Positions 1 to 13,269 are shown, counted from the stretch's first letter. The stretch: DNA of 64,000 nt from Octopus sinensis (GCF_006345805.1 NC_043011.1:28966464-29030463); one strand, 5' to 3'. A program made the numbers and translations. The notes: generated by a model from the sequence alone, not told the origin.

Positions 1-289
1 CTTGTGGGGGTTTTTGTGTCATACTGTGATTATATTTCGGTTCATTTTTGTTTGTTTGTTTTATTGGGTCTTTTTTTTTTATTGAATCTATATTTTCATT
101 TCATTTTCTATTTCTTCTTTTCATTCTTGTTTTGTATTTTTGGAGGCTTTCTGAGTATAAAAGTTGTATTTAATGTACTTTTGTCACTGTCAAATAATAA
201 ATTCATATTACAAATATAACCAACCTAAATACTGTGTTCGGTTGTTGTTTTTTTCTTTTTCATTATCTTCTATATTTTTTTCTTTTATT

Positions 290-490
290 TGTTTCAGTCA
301 TTAGACTGTGGCAATGCTGGAGCACCACCCTGCAGAATATTTAGTCAAATTAATTGCACCCAGTATTTATTATATTTTTCTAAAGCCTTGTGCTTATTTT
401 ATCAGTCCCTTTTACTGAACCACTAAGCTACAGGGATGTAAACACACCAACACTGGTTGTCAAGCGGTGGTGGGGACAAACACACACACA
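290..490 (-). mobile_element. Interspersed SINE-type repeat body followed by (AC)n/(AT)n microsatellite
   Basis: The sequence 'tttcagtcattagactgtggc...acactggttgtcaagcggtggtggggacaaacac' recurs at ~5180-5400 and ~16305-16500. Orientation is inferred from the head segment seen in the other copies. Confidence 0.6.
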
Positions 491-536
491 CATAGATATA
501 CATATACATACACACACACACACACATATATGTATG

Positions 537-617
<81 letters not shown>

Positions 618-670
618 GTATATGTATATATACAGGCATACATACATACAGACATACATACATACATACA
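480..670. repeat. (AC)n/(AT)n/(ATGT)n microsatellite
   Basis: Read directly; it explains the YI/IH-rich spurious ORFs. Confidence 0.95.
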
Positions 671-789
671 TGTATTACATGGAAAAATGTGAGCATGAAA
701 AGTAATATTCTTAAGATTATAAACCTGGAAAAGTACAGGAGAAGTTATTACACCTGTAAAAGTATAGGACAAGCTATTACTTCTAGTGT

Positions 790-1075
790 GCAGGTGCAAT
801 GGCCCAGTGGTTAAGGTAGCGGACTCGCAGTCGGAGGATCGCGGTTTCGATACCCAGACCAGGTGTTGTGTGTGTTTATTGAGCGAAAACACCTAAAGCT
901 CCACGAGGCTCCAGCAGGAGGTGGTGGTGACCCCTGTTGTACTCTTTCACCCCAACTTTCTCTCACTCTTTCTTCCTGTTTCTTGAGTAACACTGCAATG
1001 GACTGGCGTCCCGTCCATCTGGGGGGGACACATAAGTCACAGAAACTGGGAAACCAGGCTCATGATCCTGGCTAG
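790..1075 (+). mobile_element. tRNA-derived SINE
   Basis: A-box-like TGGCCCAGTGG and B-box-like GGTTTCGATAC, then a non-tRNA body; the reverse-oriented copy is at ~4790-5146. Confidence 0.75.
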
Positions 1076-1439
1076 GCTTGTAAAGGGTGCATAAAAATAA
1101 AAGATTGCTTCTAGTAAAGTAAAGAATAAGAAACTTTTAACTTAAAATATTGCAGCAAAGAATGCCAGTTCTTCTAATTTATCACTCTTTACAGTTCTCG
1201 TGTTTTAAATTTATTGTACAAAACTGTTCAGCTAATTTGTAAGTTAGTCTAATTAGTCACTTTTTTCTGTATTTAAGGTAGTAAATTAGCCAAATTCTAC
1301 TTAAATAAGTATAGTGTTATTTGTAAACTATAATAAAATAATTTTAATATTCAAATTTTAATTTAAGCTGCAATATTTTAAGTAAAAAGTTTCTTATTCT
1401 TTACTTTACTAGAAGTAATAGCTTGTCCATACTCTGTAA

Positions 1440-1780
1440 CTTCTGACGAAATAACTTCTAAAATACAAAATTTTGTCAAAAACGTTAAAAGTAAACTCTG
1501 TTCTATGTGACACATTCTACCAGTATCGGAAGTTTGAAAGTGCTTAGTTAAAAAAAATTAATTAAGTAATCTGTATGTCTAATTGAAAAGATCCAAAATG
1601 GATGAAAGGCAAAGTTGACCTAGGCAGAATTTGAACTCAGAACGTAAAGACAGACAAAATACCACTTCTAAAATACAAAATTTTGTCAAAAACATAAAGA
1701 GTAAACCATGTTTTATGTGATACAGTCTACCAGTATCAGAAGTTGAAAGTGTTTAGTTAAAAAAAATTAGTTAAATAATC
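1440..1780. mobile_element. Two partial copies of the Merlin-like MITE end, mixed with SINE fragments
   Basis: Contains 'cacattctaccagtatcggaagtttgaaagtg...gaaaagatcc', shared with 11377-11784. Confidence 0.55.
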
Positions 1781-2376
1781 TGTACATCAAAGTCGACCTC
1801 GGCGAAACTTGAACTCAAAACACAAAGAAAGCAGGAATACCACTAAGCATTTTGCCTGGCAAGTTAACGTTTCTGCCAGCTCACCACCTTAGAATGTAAG
1901 CATTCATTTTAGAAATATATTCTTTATTCTTATTGCTTAAGCGTTACTCCCTTACTTACTGACATTAAATTTCATAACATTTGACTTCATAACTGTTTTT
2001 CTGCTAATTTTTGTTCAATGCGACTAACGATTCTGAATTCCTCATGCATTTTTCTATCATTTAAGCCTAAGAAAAGTATACTTTTAATTTAAAATTAAAG
2101 AGTTTATGTTAATTGAAGATGAATATCTGCCTTACTGCTCCCCTTGAGGTCACAGATATTTTGATGTAAGTTTTTACTACTGAACCAAATCTCAAGCTAT
2201 TTATGCCAAAGGGTAACTGAGGAGGTGTCCTCTTTATAACCATTAACAGTTTGCAGTTTAGTTGAGAACTGAATTAGTGGTGAAACTTGGAAGCTGCTGC
2301 GATTGACGAAATGGTGGACTTCAGAATATATTCAACCACTACCGTGGTTTAATGATATATATATATAGATATATAA

Positions 2377-2607
2377 GGCGGCGAGCTGGCTGAAACGTTA
2401 GCACGCCGGGCGAAATGCGTAGCCGTATTTCGTCTGCCGTTACATTCTGGGTTCAAATTCCACCGAGGTCGACTTTGCCTTTCATCCTTTCGGGGTCGAT
2501 AAATTAAGTACCAGTTACGCACTGAGGTTGATGTAATCGACTTAATCCGTTTGTCTGTCCTTGTTTGTCCCCTCTGTGTTTAGCCCCTTGTGGGTAGTAA
2601 AGAAATA
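2377..2607 (+). mobile_element. SINE (family 2)
   Basis: 'ggcggcgagctggc...ggttcaaattcc...gtcgactttgcctttcatcctttcggggtcgataaattaagtaccag'; degraded copies at ~6990-7160 and ~7580-7790. Confidence 0.75.
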
Positions 2608-2629
2608 TATATATAGATATAGATATATA

Positions 2630-3410
2630 TCATCATCATCATCATCATCGTTTAACGTCCACTTTCCATGCTGGCACAGGTTGGACGGTTTGACTGAGGG
2701 CTGGCAAGCCAGAAGGCTGCACCAGTCTCCAATCTGATCTGGCAAAGTTTCTACAGCTGGATGCCCTTCCTAATGCCAACCACTCCTAGAGTGTAGCGGG
2801 TGCTTTCACGTGCCACCGGCACGAGGGCCAGTTTAGCGGTACTGGCAGCGGCCATGCCCAAATGGTGCTTTTTACATGCCACCTGCACAGGAGCCAGTCC
2901 AGTGGCACTGGCAACGACCATGCTCGAATGGTGCTTTTTACATGCCACTGGCACAGGAGTCAATCAGTGGCCCTGGCAACAATCATACTCGAATGGGTTG
3001 TTAGCCTCCCATTGGCACAGGTGCCAATCAGGCAGTACTTTCATCAGCCAAGACAGCGATTTCACTAGCCTCAAAAGGTCTCCGCATGCATAGTTTATTG
3101 TCCAGTGATTGAAGGGTACTCTTAAATGGACTGGTTATACAGCACTGGCATAGGCCACGGTTATGGTCTTACTTGGCTTGCCGAGTCTTCTCAAGTACAT
3201 CATATCTCCAAATGTCTCAGTCACTTGTCATTGCCTCATGCTTCACCACCTCGTCCCAGGTCTTCCTGGGTCTGCTCCTTCTGCAGGTTCCCTCAACTGC
3301 TAGGGTGTGACACTTTTTCACACAGTTGTCCTCATCCATTCGCAACACATGACCATACCAGCACAGTTGTCTCTCTTGCACACCACATCTGATGCTTCTT
3401 AAGTCCAACT
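2630..3410 (-). mobile_element. RTE-clade LINE 3' fragment with (CAT)n tail and ~60-bp subterminal tandem repeats
   Basis: ORF 3217-3468(-) includes 'QERQLCWYGHVLRMDEDNCVKKC...RPRKTW', a typical RTE RT C-terminus. Repeats at 2800-3030. Confidence 0.75.
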
Positions 3411-3456
3411 TATATATATACATATATATCATATTATATATATATATATATATATA

Positions 3457-3820
3457 GTGAAGGCGCATGGCTCAGTTGTTAGAGAATTAAGCTTACGATC
3501 GTGAAGTTGTGAGTTTGATTCCTGAACCGGGCTGCATGTTGTGTTCTTGAGCAAAACACTTTATTTCACGTTGCTCCAGTTCACTCAGCTGTAAAAATGA
3601 GTTGCGATGTGACTGGTGCCAAGCTGTATCAGTCTCTGCCTTTCACTTGGATAACATCGGTGGCATAGAGAGGGGAGGCTGGTGTGCATGGACTACTGCT
3701 GGTCTTCCAAAAATCAACCCTAGGTTATGTGTTTGCCGGTAAGGCAACTTTCCACCCAGACTTGTACCCCAGAAGGGAACCTCTTAGGTGCACCAACAAT
3801 CATTCGTGACTGACGGAGTC
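3457..3820 (+). mobile_element. tRNA-derived SINE (family 3)
   Basis: A-box-like TGGCTCAGTTG and B-box-like GAGTTTGATTC, followed by the body 'gtgttcttgagcaaaacactttatttcacg'. Confidence 0.65.
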
Positions 3821-3822
3821 AA

Positions 3823-3865
<43 letters not shown>

Positions 3866-4099
3866 CACAATCAAAGGTGCAAAAACAATTTACTCTGAAG
3901 GAATTTAAAGGTAATGTAATCCAAGGGTAGAGTAAGAAATCCATGAATCAGATACTCCAAACCAGTCAGTAGGACATGGATGGTCCATGTGACCATGCAG
4001 TAAAAAGTCAATTCAAATATATGAATAAAATTAACAAGCAACAAGAGGACATGCACAAGGAATGTATTAGCTTAACACTCAGTGAAAAGACAGGGTTTG

Positions 4100-4125
4100 A
4101 CGTTTCGAGCACAGCTCTTCATTAG
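4100..4125 (-). other. Degenerate minimal hammerhead-ribozyme-like motif (Penelope-type terminal repeat remnant)
   Basis: Minus strand CTAATGAA-GAG-CTGTG-CTC-GAAACGT: CUGANGA core with one mismatch, 3-bp stem II, then GAAAC. Confidence 0.4.
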
Positions 4126-4204
4126 AAAGGAGAAAGGGAGAATTCCAAAGAAGGAAGAGAAATCATCAACAGCATGTATGTAGTTACATTGTGTAGTTAT
4201 ATAT

Positions 4205-4360
4205 ACAACAGGTTTCTTGCAGTTTCCGTGCACCAAATCCACTCACAAAGCTTTGGTTGGCCCAAGGCTATAGCAGAAGATGCCTAAGGTGCCACAGAGT
4301 GGGACTGAATCTAGAACCATGTGGTTGGGAAGCAAACTTCTTACCACACAACTATGGCTG
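4205..4360 (-). mobile_element. SINE head segment
   Basis: 'ttccgtgcaccaaatccactcacaaagc...gtgggactgaatc...cttaccacac'; also at ~5465-5625 and ~16545-16685. Confidence 0.65.
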
Positions 4361-4789
4361 TACCTATATATTTGTTGGGGGGTTTTTTTGGGGGTTTTTT
4401 TGTTTATTGTCAGAGAATTTTTATTGTTGTTGTTGCAGCAGAGTATTCTATTTCAGATATTAGTCAATTTATTCAGTTGTGGTATAATCTCAACCAATGA
4501 TTCCAAAGCAGACAAACGCCATTCCTCACTCCCACCTACTGAACAATTCAATTCCACACCATCGACCACCTATCCCTGATTACCATATTTTCTGGCATGG
4601 AAGTGAAATTCTTCAGACTGAAATTTATTACCAAAAAAGGATGGTTGACTTATACATCACGATAATTTTGGAAGATCAAAAATTCCATGTGAAATACAGC
4701 AGGATTTGGAAAGACATCATCAAAGTTTGAATGTTTACACTTCATGTTGAACACTAGATCATTGTGGCACTCCATCAGTTATGACGACG

Positions 4790-5146
4790 AGGATTCCAGT
4801 TGATTTGATCAACAGAACAGCCTGCTCGTGAAATTAACGTGCAAGTGGCTGAGAACTCCACAGACACATGTACCTTTAATGTAGTTCTCAGGGAGAATCA
4901 GCATGACATAGAGTGTGACAATGCTGGCTCTTTGAAATACAGGTACAACAGAAACATGAAGAAAGAGTGAGAGAAAGTTGTGGTGAAAGAGTACAGCAGG
5001 GTTCGCCACCACCCCCTGCCAGAGCCTCGTGGAGCTTTAGGTGTTTTCACTCAATAAACACTCACAACACCCAGCCTGGAAATTGAAACCGTGATCCTAT
5101 AACCGCAAGTCTGCTGCTCTAACCACTGGGCCATTGCTCCTCCACG
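4790..5146 (-). mobile_element. tRNA-derived SINE (same family as 790-1075)
   Basis: Reverse complement matches 790-970 (e.g. ctaaagctccacgaggctc; accactgggccattgc). Confidence 0.75.
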
Positions 5147-5179
5147 AACACTAGATACTACATCAACCCGTATCTTTTA

Positions 5180-5625
5180 TCTGTTACTCGTTCCAGTCAT
5201 TTGACTACAGTCATGCTGGGGCATCATCTTGAAGGGATTTTTAGTCAAACAAATTGACCCCAGGACTTTATTTTTTCCTTAAATCCTAGAACTTATTCTA
5301 TCAGTCTCTTTTGCCAAACTGCTAAGTTACAGGGATGTAAACACACCAGCACCAATCGTCAAGCAGTGATGGGGGACAAACATACACACAAAGACACATG
5401 CATATATGTATTTATGTATGTATGTATGTATGTATGTATGTATGTATGTATGCATGCATGCATGCACAACAGGCTTCTTTCAGTTTCTGTCTACCAAATC
5501 CACTCACAATGTTTTGGTCAGTCTGAGGCTATAGTAGAAGACATTTGTTCAAGGTGCCACACAGTAGGACTGAACCTGAAACCATGTGGTTAGTAAGCAG
5601 GCTTCTTCTTAACACACAGCTATGC
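5180..5625 (-). mobile_element. SINE with internal (ATGT)n microsatellite
   Basis: Same body and head arrangement as 16305-16685. Confidence 0.65.
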
Positions 5626-6519
5626 CTGCAAAATACAATAACTTTTTGAACTGCTAAGTACACCTTAGCAGGGCAAGATTTTGCTTGCAGCCTGGAAGAT
5701 GCAAAAAATAGACAGGTAGACAGTGTTTCACATGGAAATGGTGGACCCATACCAAACCTTGAGGTGGGGAATCTGTGAGGATTGTGAAGAGGAAGATATA
5801 TAACTATATTTAACAAAATGGTGATGGTTTCCAATTTTCTCAACTTGTCTCAGAACATAGCACAAATGATGACTCGTTTCAATAAAACAGCTAAATTCAT
5901 GTGCATATCTTTTTGAATGTCCCTTATTATTATTCATATTTTGCATGTACTTTTTTTTTGTTCACTTTGAAAATGTTTGTATTGTTGCATACACATATGT
6001 ATGCACCTTTCCTCACAGCCTGGCCTTGTGCATACATCTGCACACATGGTTCATACACACACAAATGCTATCTCTGTCACATTCATGCACCACACATGCC
6101 TTTCTCGCTTGTTTTCCATGCTCAATGCGCCCTTGTAGACACAACTCATCTCTGTAAGACCCTAGGTCGGTCATGCATACATAGAGAAAGTTGTTCGTCC
6201 CTTACAATGCGCCAGCATGCCACACTTTTGTTCCTGCACGATCAAGGCATATAGTACCTCATGCACCAGCCTTACTGCATTAATCACTGGCATATTCAAT
6301 ACTGTACACTGCATTTGTAATCAATGCACTAGCATTAACCTCAGCCTTGCAAGACCCTATTGCACACATGCACATGCATCTCTATTATGCATCTACTGCT
6401 TTCTTTTACAACACGTCTGCGTCAGCTCAATTCTTCTCCCGACTTGAAGCACATCAGATGATCACATGCTCTGCACTCATTTTTAGACATAATTTTAGAC
6501 ACACGCACATATATAAATA

Positions 6520-6883
6520 CACACACACACACACACATATATATGTATGTATGTGTATATATATATGTATATATATATGTATATATGTATATATATATAT
6601 GTATATATGGATATATATGTATATATATATATGTGTGTGTGTATATATATATATATATGTATATATATGTGTGTGTGTGTGTATATGTATATATATATAT
6701 ATGTATATGTGTATATATATGTGTCTGTGTGTATATATGTGTGTGTGTGTTTCCGAAATCCGCCGAAACTACACCTGATTATATATACACTTTAGATGAG
6801 TTGTAATGCACCTGAGCACTGTACACAATTATTATTATATATGTGTGTGTGTGTATATATATATATGTGTGTATATATATATA

Positions 6884-6930
<47 letters not shown>
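6520..6930. repeat. Compound (AC)/(AT)/(GT) microsatellites
   Basis: Read directly. Confidence 0.95.
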
Positions 6931-6933
<3 letters not shown>

Positions 6934-8295
6934 GTGACTAATAAACAATGCGTTTTTTATTACTATCATAATTTGGCACAATCTTTGACGCGTCAGACAT
7001 AATGCTTAGTAGTATTTCACCCGGCTGCTTACGTTCAAATACCGCCAAGGAGAACTTTGCCTTTCATCCATTCTAGGTCGATAAAATAAGTATCAGTTAA
7101 GTGTCGGGGTGGATGTAATCAACTTCCATGCAATCAAAATTGCTGGCCTTGTGCGAAAGTTAGAAAGAATCATTTTATATTACGGAAAAATCTTCCGTCA
7201 CCACCATACACAAAAAAAAAAGCCAAATTACTAGTGACGTCCCTTACATTGAAATTGTGCCTTTAGTTGAGTTACCTCCCTTAAAAACACGTCACCCTGA
7301 GATGCTCTTGAAATTAAAAATAAAGTATTACGCAATCCACATAGGAAGTCATAAAAAAAAAACAACTATATTTTGAAGTTAAAAATTTAGAAAACAATAT
7401 ATAGTAAACTAATTTACATTTTATTTTATTCATCTTACTTGTAAATATTAGAGCAAACTACCTTTACCAGTAGCCAGCTATCAGAGATCTGCATCCTTCA
7501 GAAATTCTATGCTTCCTGAAATTCACCAAAACTACAGCCAGCATGCCAAAGCACACTTTTTAATATTATTGCTGGCTGAATCATTAGCATGCTGGATGAA
7601 ATGCTTAGCAGTATTTTGCCCGTTGCTATGATCTGAGTTCAAATTCCACCAAGGTCGACTTTGCCTTTCATCCTTTCAGGGTCGATGAATTAAGTACCAG
7701 TGAAAAGACTGGGGTCAATGTAATCAACTTACCCTCTCCTCCAAAAATGGCTGCCCTTGTGGCAAAAATTTGAAACCATTATCACTAATATTATCATTAT
7801 ATCTTTGGCTTTTACTTTGTATTTTGTACAAGGTGACTCCAAGTCTCACCCAGTGACCTCAAGAGACAAGTTTAGTAGTTCAACCTGGTGTTATGACTAA
7901 AGTGCCATATATTTGGTCTTGCACAGAGTATTGTTCTAGAGAGTGTCTGTCAAAACATAAGTAAATTAGAAGTTTGTTTCCTCTTCTTCTTCATCATCAT
8001 CATTATCACCATCATCAACATTATTACTATTGAGTGAGAGAGCTGTGCATGCCATCAAAGTGACACTGGGGTATAAAATATGCAGTCCAGTATACCCATC
8101 ATGACTACCCATCTGACAAGGGTATGAATATATAATACTGTATGAATACGTAATACACAACATTACATACTCTGTATTTAGGTGTATGTAATCCTGAGTA
8201 TAAGCATACAAAATTCATCTACTCCTTACAACCAGCCATTATGTAGCCACTGATTGGCTAGAATGACCAAGCAAGTCTCTACCTTCAAAATAACC

Positions 8296-8754
8296 CTAAC
8301 CCTAACCCCAAATTTTAGCCTTTCGTTTTTTTTTTCTTAATTGTTAAATTGATTTAATTGTTACGCGTGTGTCTAAAATTATTCATTTTGTTTTTGTTTT
8401 GAGTTTTTGCTTTCATTTTAGCCTTTCGTTTTTTTTTTCTTAATTGTTAAATTAATTTAAGGATAACAATTAAGAAAAAAAAACGAAAGGCTAAAATTTA
8501 GGGCTAGGGTTAGGGTTAGTGACAGGATGTTGTCTCAGTTTTAGATGCAGCAAATGATTTTAGCTCAATAGAGGCCATCGATTGGTTAAAATTCGAAAAA
8601 TTAAACTACGTTAAACTTACAAATTACAATTTTCTCAAGAAAGCCAAGAGAAAAAAATGTTTTATTTTCACACATTCTACCAGTATACGAAGTTTAGAAG
8701 TGTTTAGTTAACTAGAAATTGTGTTAAAAACTGCCGTTCAAAAGGAAAAGATCC
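8296..8754. mobile_element. Merlin-like MITE remnant with internal inverted repeat and TTAGGG-like units
   Basis: Right end '...aaaggaaaagatcc' (8754) matches the TIR of 11377-11784. 8296-8346 and 8464-8519 are inverted repeats. Confidence 0.55.
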
Positions 8755-11376
8755 GAAAAATATTATTTAATTTGCGTAAAAAAATTATTTACATTGTTTA
8801 AAAAATAAAACATTTTCTTTGATATGTATTCAGCCTTGAAATACAAACATGTATCATTTGCATACGCGCAAGTCGTTGTAGGATTGACTACTTACTACTA
8901 GCAAGTGCGGATGTGCGAGTGCACGCACTGGGACTACTGTTCACTAGTAGTACCGAATTACCTGGGATTTGTATTCTACTTACATTTGCTGGTATCTAAT
9001 TGTTGAATATTGGTAACCAAATTGTTTTAATAATGAGTGCCTTTTTGATATCTGCCAGGATTTTTTAATCCCTTCTTTTTTCTTCAATAAAAATTTAACG
9101 GACAATATATGGATTTAACTTATCAGGTGTAACTCATATAAAAAAAAAAGCTCCTTTAATGGATCACTAAGCTGTCCCACAACAAATTAAATCCAGCGCA
9201 TGTTCTGATTGAAGGTAATCAATATAAATGTATAGCAAATTCAGCTTCACAATGACAGGAAAAGCTGACGATGAAGAATCTAAAAATGACATCATGAAAA
9301 CGCTTGGCCACCACAAGCCAGTTGTACATCAAGAAACTGCAGCACCAAGAGAAACAGCTATGGTGTAACTTTCATGCACAGAATTTTGCCCCCAATATCT
9401 CTTTCTCGTAGGTATAACACCTTTCTCCTGAAAAATTCATTGATGTTTCTTCCTCTGCTTTTATGCTCACCTACAAATCCAATGCTAAAGAGCTCATTTT
9501 GTGTAATAAAATCTCGTGTTTAAGACAGAAACATATAATGTGTTGTGTATCTCAGGTAACATGGTGAGAGTACAGTAAGATAAAAGGACAATGCTGTTAG
9601 TAGGAGAGGTTGGAAAGGTGTGATGTGAAGGAGGAAAAAGACAGAAGCAAAGAGACCATTGTGATAGTCTTACCTGTGAATCTGAAAGGTTCACTCACAA
9701 TGTCCACGTGCTCTGTCTGCCGCCGTACCATCTAACACATCTGCTCTCATATACTGTCCACCACCAACTGACTGCTCGTGCCTCACCAACACCGCATGAC
9801 CACTGCAGCCCTTCCAGTGGAGAGTGAAATAAAATTAATTAAAATTAAATAAACGAGATAAAATACAATAAAAAGTAGTAGAGTAGAAAGAGGTTTATTA
9901 TCTGTAATAGACTTATGAATATAAAAGTTTTGGCAGCTTGTGACCTGCAGAGAGCCTTGTTGCAGCTTGTGGCTTGTCTTGTTAGTGATTTCAAATCAAT
10001 GATTCTTCATCAAATATTCTTAATCACGATTTTTTTTTTAAATTTCTTTAAATATTTTATTGTTCTTTTTTGTGGGTTAAAGATCCTGGAATCAGTATAT
10101 GTATTTTGATGCATCTAGTTCATTACTGCGGTTCAGGCTAGGTGCCTTCTTACAAAGTGCTTCTGTAATTCTGAGGTTAATTCCATCCCCACCACACGGT
10201 TGGTGGTGTTAGAATACAGCACTGAGTGTTGTGGTCTTATGGATATGTATCTTCACCCTAAGGTGAAGTAGTCTTCTCGTGGATCCAATGAATGTTGCCC
10301 CACAAGAGCATATCAATTGATATACAATGATGGATTTAAAACACAGCCATTGGTTGTATTACTCTGATTGGACAGTGGTGTAGGCAGCATGCGTCCAGGG
10401 TGTTATTGGTGTTTGAGCATGTGGCCCCATCACATAATTCTAATGAGTAGACCAGATCCCTTGATGCTGTTTTTTTAGCTTGTTCTCTGTTGCCTTTCCA
10501 TAGTGTGGTAGATTAACATATGTTCTTCTTCTGCTTCTTTCTGTTGTTGCCATTGATGTTATTGTTGCTGTTGCCATCACCAGTTCATGGCATCATTTCT
10601 GATACGATGGTGTCTGTACAATACCATGAGTTGAGCAAGTCTGCAATTTGTGATATCGACTGTTGTTGTTATGGGTTTTGCTGTTCTCTTTTGTCTTGTG
10701 GACAGTCCTCTTGTGGCACCCTTGTTTCCATGTGCTTAATATGTCACACACTTTCTCTATGAAACATGGTTTGTATCCGCTTAGATACAGCATCTTAGTG
10801 AAATCCACTCATACTGAGTTCTCTATTTCAGCCTTATCACACCTGCTTAGGCAGCAATTTAATTTGTTAAAAGGCCACATTGTACTTCAACACCTTTGGT
10901 TATGCCAGATCTGAATGGAGGAAGATGCCTTTCTTTAACTCTTTCTCAAGGAATCAGATTGTTGCATGCCCTGAGGCAAAAGAGATGTTGAATTTCAAAG
11001 GGCTCCCCGCACTTAAAGCATCTGGGCCTACGTCCCTCCACTGACACACGAATTGTGTGCCCCTCCCCTACAAACACTCTGTCTGGCAAATTTTCCAGTG
11101 TTGTATTGTCAGCTTGCATGACCATCTCCAGCACTAGACCTTTCCAGTTTGAGGTCTCTCTCTTCCTCATTTGAAGGATTGATATTTTTCCCTCCACATT
11201 ATATATGACAGCCTCTGCTATCCACATCACGTCATACCCTCTGGGAATTTCACTGACAGTTACTTTTGCAGTTCTGCATCCCAAATACGTGGGTAGCAGC
11301 ATAATCTCTTCATTTTTTAAAGTCTAGGTAGACATTTCCTTTGCTACGCTAGCCAACTCAAAATGTGCCTCTATTG

Positions 11377-11784
11377 GGATCTTTTCGGTTTGCCAGCAGT
11401 TTTTTCTAGCGGTGTCATATGAAATTGTCACCCGTAATTATGACCCTAGTATCGATCTATTGCATTTCAATCTGTTTTAGGGTTAGGGGTGGGGGAAGAG
11501 TATCTTTTTTTCTTCACAAATGTAAATAAACCCAATCTGTTTCTTAAACGAGAGACATATTCATACGGCACAGAATGTTTTCACCTCAATAGACGTCATT
11601 GATTGGTTGAAATTGCAGAAATTAAAGAAAAAAAACAACAAATATCTTACAAACTATAGAATTTTCTCAATAAAGCCAAGAGAAAAGATGTTTTATAAAC
11701 ACATTCTACCAGTATACGAAGTTTAAAAGTGTTTAGTTACGTGGAAATTATTTTTAAAAACTGCCGTTTAAACCGAAAAGATCC
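11377..11784. mobile_element. Complete non-autonomous DNA transposon (Merlin-like MITE)
   Basis: 15-bp TIR GGATCTTTTCGGTTT / AAACCGAAAAGATCC; 8-bp TSD CTCTATTG at 11369-11376 and 11785-11792. GG termini with an 8-bp TSD fit Merlin. Confidence 0.85.
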
Positions 11785-11904
11785 CTCTATTGTGGCACTT
11801 CTCGTTCCACGGCTAACGTAGCATATTCTGTTCCAAACTGGTGACATACACTTCTCAACAACTTCGTTTTTAACTTCCATTATTCTCTTTTCTTTTATAT
11901 TGTA

Positions 11905-12702
11905 CTAGCAGTATCGCCCGGTGTTGCTCGGGTTTGTAAGGGAAATAACTATATAAGCATTTTTAGAGATGCAAAGTATAATAGCCATCTCAATATGGCT
12001 AACCACAAAGGGGGGGTGTTACTGTAGCTTTTTACGTTCTGAGATTTAATAAATTTTTAGAGAGTTACTTCCCTTATATATGCCAAAAATGCATTAAAAA
12101 TGGGAAAAATTGATGGTAATTTTTTTTTATAAATCGTAGACTCATCGTAGACGCGCGCTAATACCCAGAAGACCTCGATATGAATCACGACTATAAGATA
12201 CCCGGTTTTGGTTAAACTGCACCGCAAAATGTGGGAGTAGTTAGGAATCTAAATCGTAGGAGACAGACAGCACACAACCTTACTTTTATATATAAAGACT
12301 AGCAGTATCGCCCGGCGTTGCTCGGGTTTGTAAGGGAAATAACTATATAAGCATTTTTAGAGAGTTATAGCCAAAAAGTAGCAAAAAAATGCATTAAAAA
12401 TGGAAAAAAAATTATGGTAAATTTTTTTTTTTAAATTGTTGACTCATCGTAGACATTTTTAGAGAGTTACTTCCTTTATATAATAGCGAAAAAATGCATT
12501 AAAATGGAAAAAAATTATAGTAAATTTTTTTTTTAAATCGTAGACTCATCGTAGACGCGCGCTAATACCCAGAAGAGCTCGATATGAATCACGACTATAA
12601 GATACCCGGTTTTGGTTAAACTGCACCGCAAAATGTGGGAGTAGTTAGGAATCTAAATCGAGGGAGACAGACAGCACACAACCTTACTTTTATATATAAA
12701 GA
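11905..12702 (-). mobile_element. Tandem dimer of a non-autonomous Helitron (11905-12298 and 12299-12702)
   Basis: Each unit on the minus strand starts TCTTTATATATAAAA and ends with hairpin CCCGAGCAACGCCGGG...CTAG. Inserted at A|T with no TSD; removing it restores ORF1 codons 'KIYNIKEK'. Confidence 0.9.
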
Positions 12703-13161
12703 TATTTTGTAAATAGCAATTTTTTCTTTAATGGCTTGTATTGTTTCAGGGGGCGGTACCAACTTTGTTTCATCTCCGCATTTTTCTATAAATTTCCTAA
12801 ACTGAAATAATTTGTTCATGGTGACGTCCAACTCGATAACATTTCTGCCAACGGCGTCTGAAAAACTGTTTTTCCTTTGAATTCTTGACAGTTTGACTTA
12901 CAAGTCTTTTTCCCATCTCGGGAAAATCTTGAGTCGACGCAAGGTCGAAAACTGTAATTCCACTCGTCATAACTGACAAGAAAATTTTCAAAAACAAACC
13001 GTAACAGTTCACAAAGAACTTCAAAAACATGACCGTATTTTGAAAGACAACAGTTCCAATCCAAGTAAAGTCGTTAACAATAACGCAAAATAACAAAAAC
13101 CATAAGACGGAAACGAAATTACATAACGTTGAGTAGCTGGTGGAAAATACGACGTGTGCCA

Positions 13162-13269
13162 AGAGAAAAAGATGTTTTATGCGACACATTCTACCAGTAT
13201 ACGAAGTTTAAAAGTGTTCAGTTACAAAGAAATTATTTTTAAAATCTGCCGGTCAAAGTGAAAAGATCC
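13162..13269. mobile_element. Merlin-like MITE terminal fragment
   Basis: 'gccaagagaaaaagatg...cacattctaccagtatacgaag...gaaaagatcc'. Confidence 0.7.

Larger units (their letters stand above)
11002..13161 (-). mobile_element. Tx1-like LINE copy Z: 5'UTR plus ORF1 up to the zinc knuckle, interrupted by two insertions
   Basis: 'DLASTQDFPEMG', 'KLVPPPETIQAIKEKIAIYK', 'LLPTYLG...LENLPDRVFVGEGHTIRVSVEGRRPRCFKCG' are homologous to ORF1 of copies B-H. Confidence 0.9.

Noticed and set aside
790-870. tRNA genes at SINE heads (also 3457-3530)
   Set aside because: A/B boxes are present, but there is no cloverleaf and the sequence continues into a repeat body.
390-892. YI/IH/CV-rich ORFs (also 6347-6806, 19403-20659)
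   Set aside because: Translations of microsatellites; no coding signal.
5950-6470. Possible degraded LINE coding remnants (also ~9640-10930)
   Set aside because: Only faint motif resemblance; could not be assigned to a family.
8296-8312. Telomere or interstitial telomeric array
   Set aside because: Only 2-3 hexamer units, embedded in a dispersed repeat.
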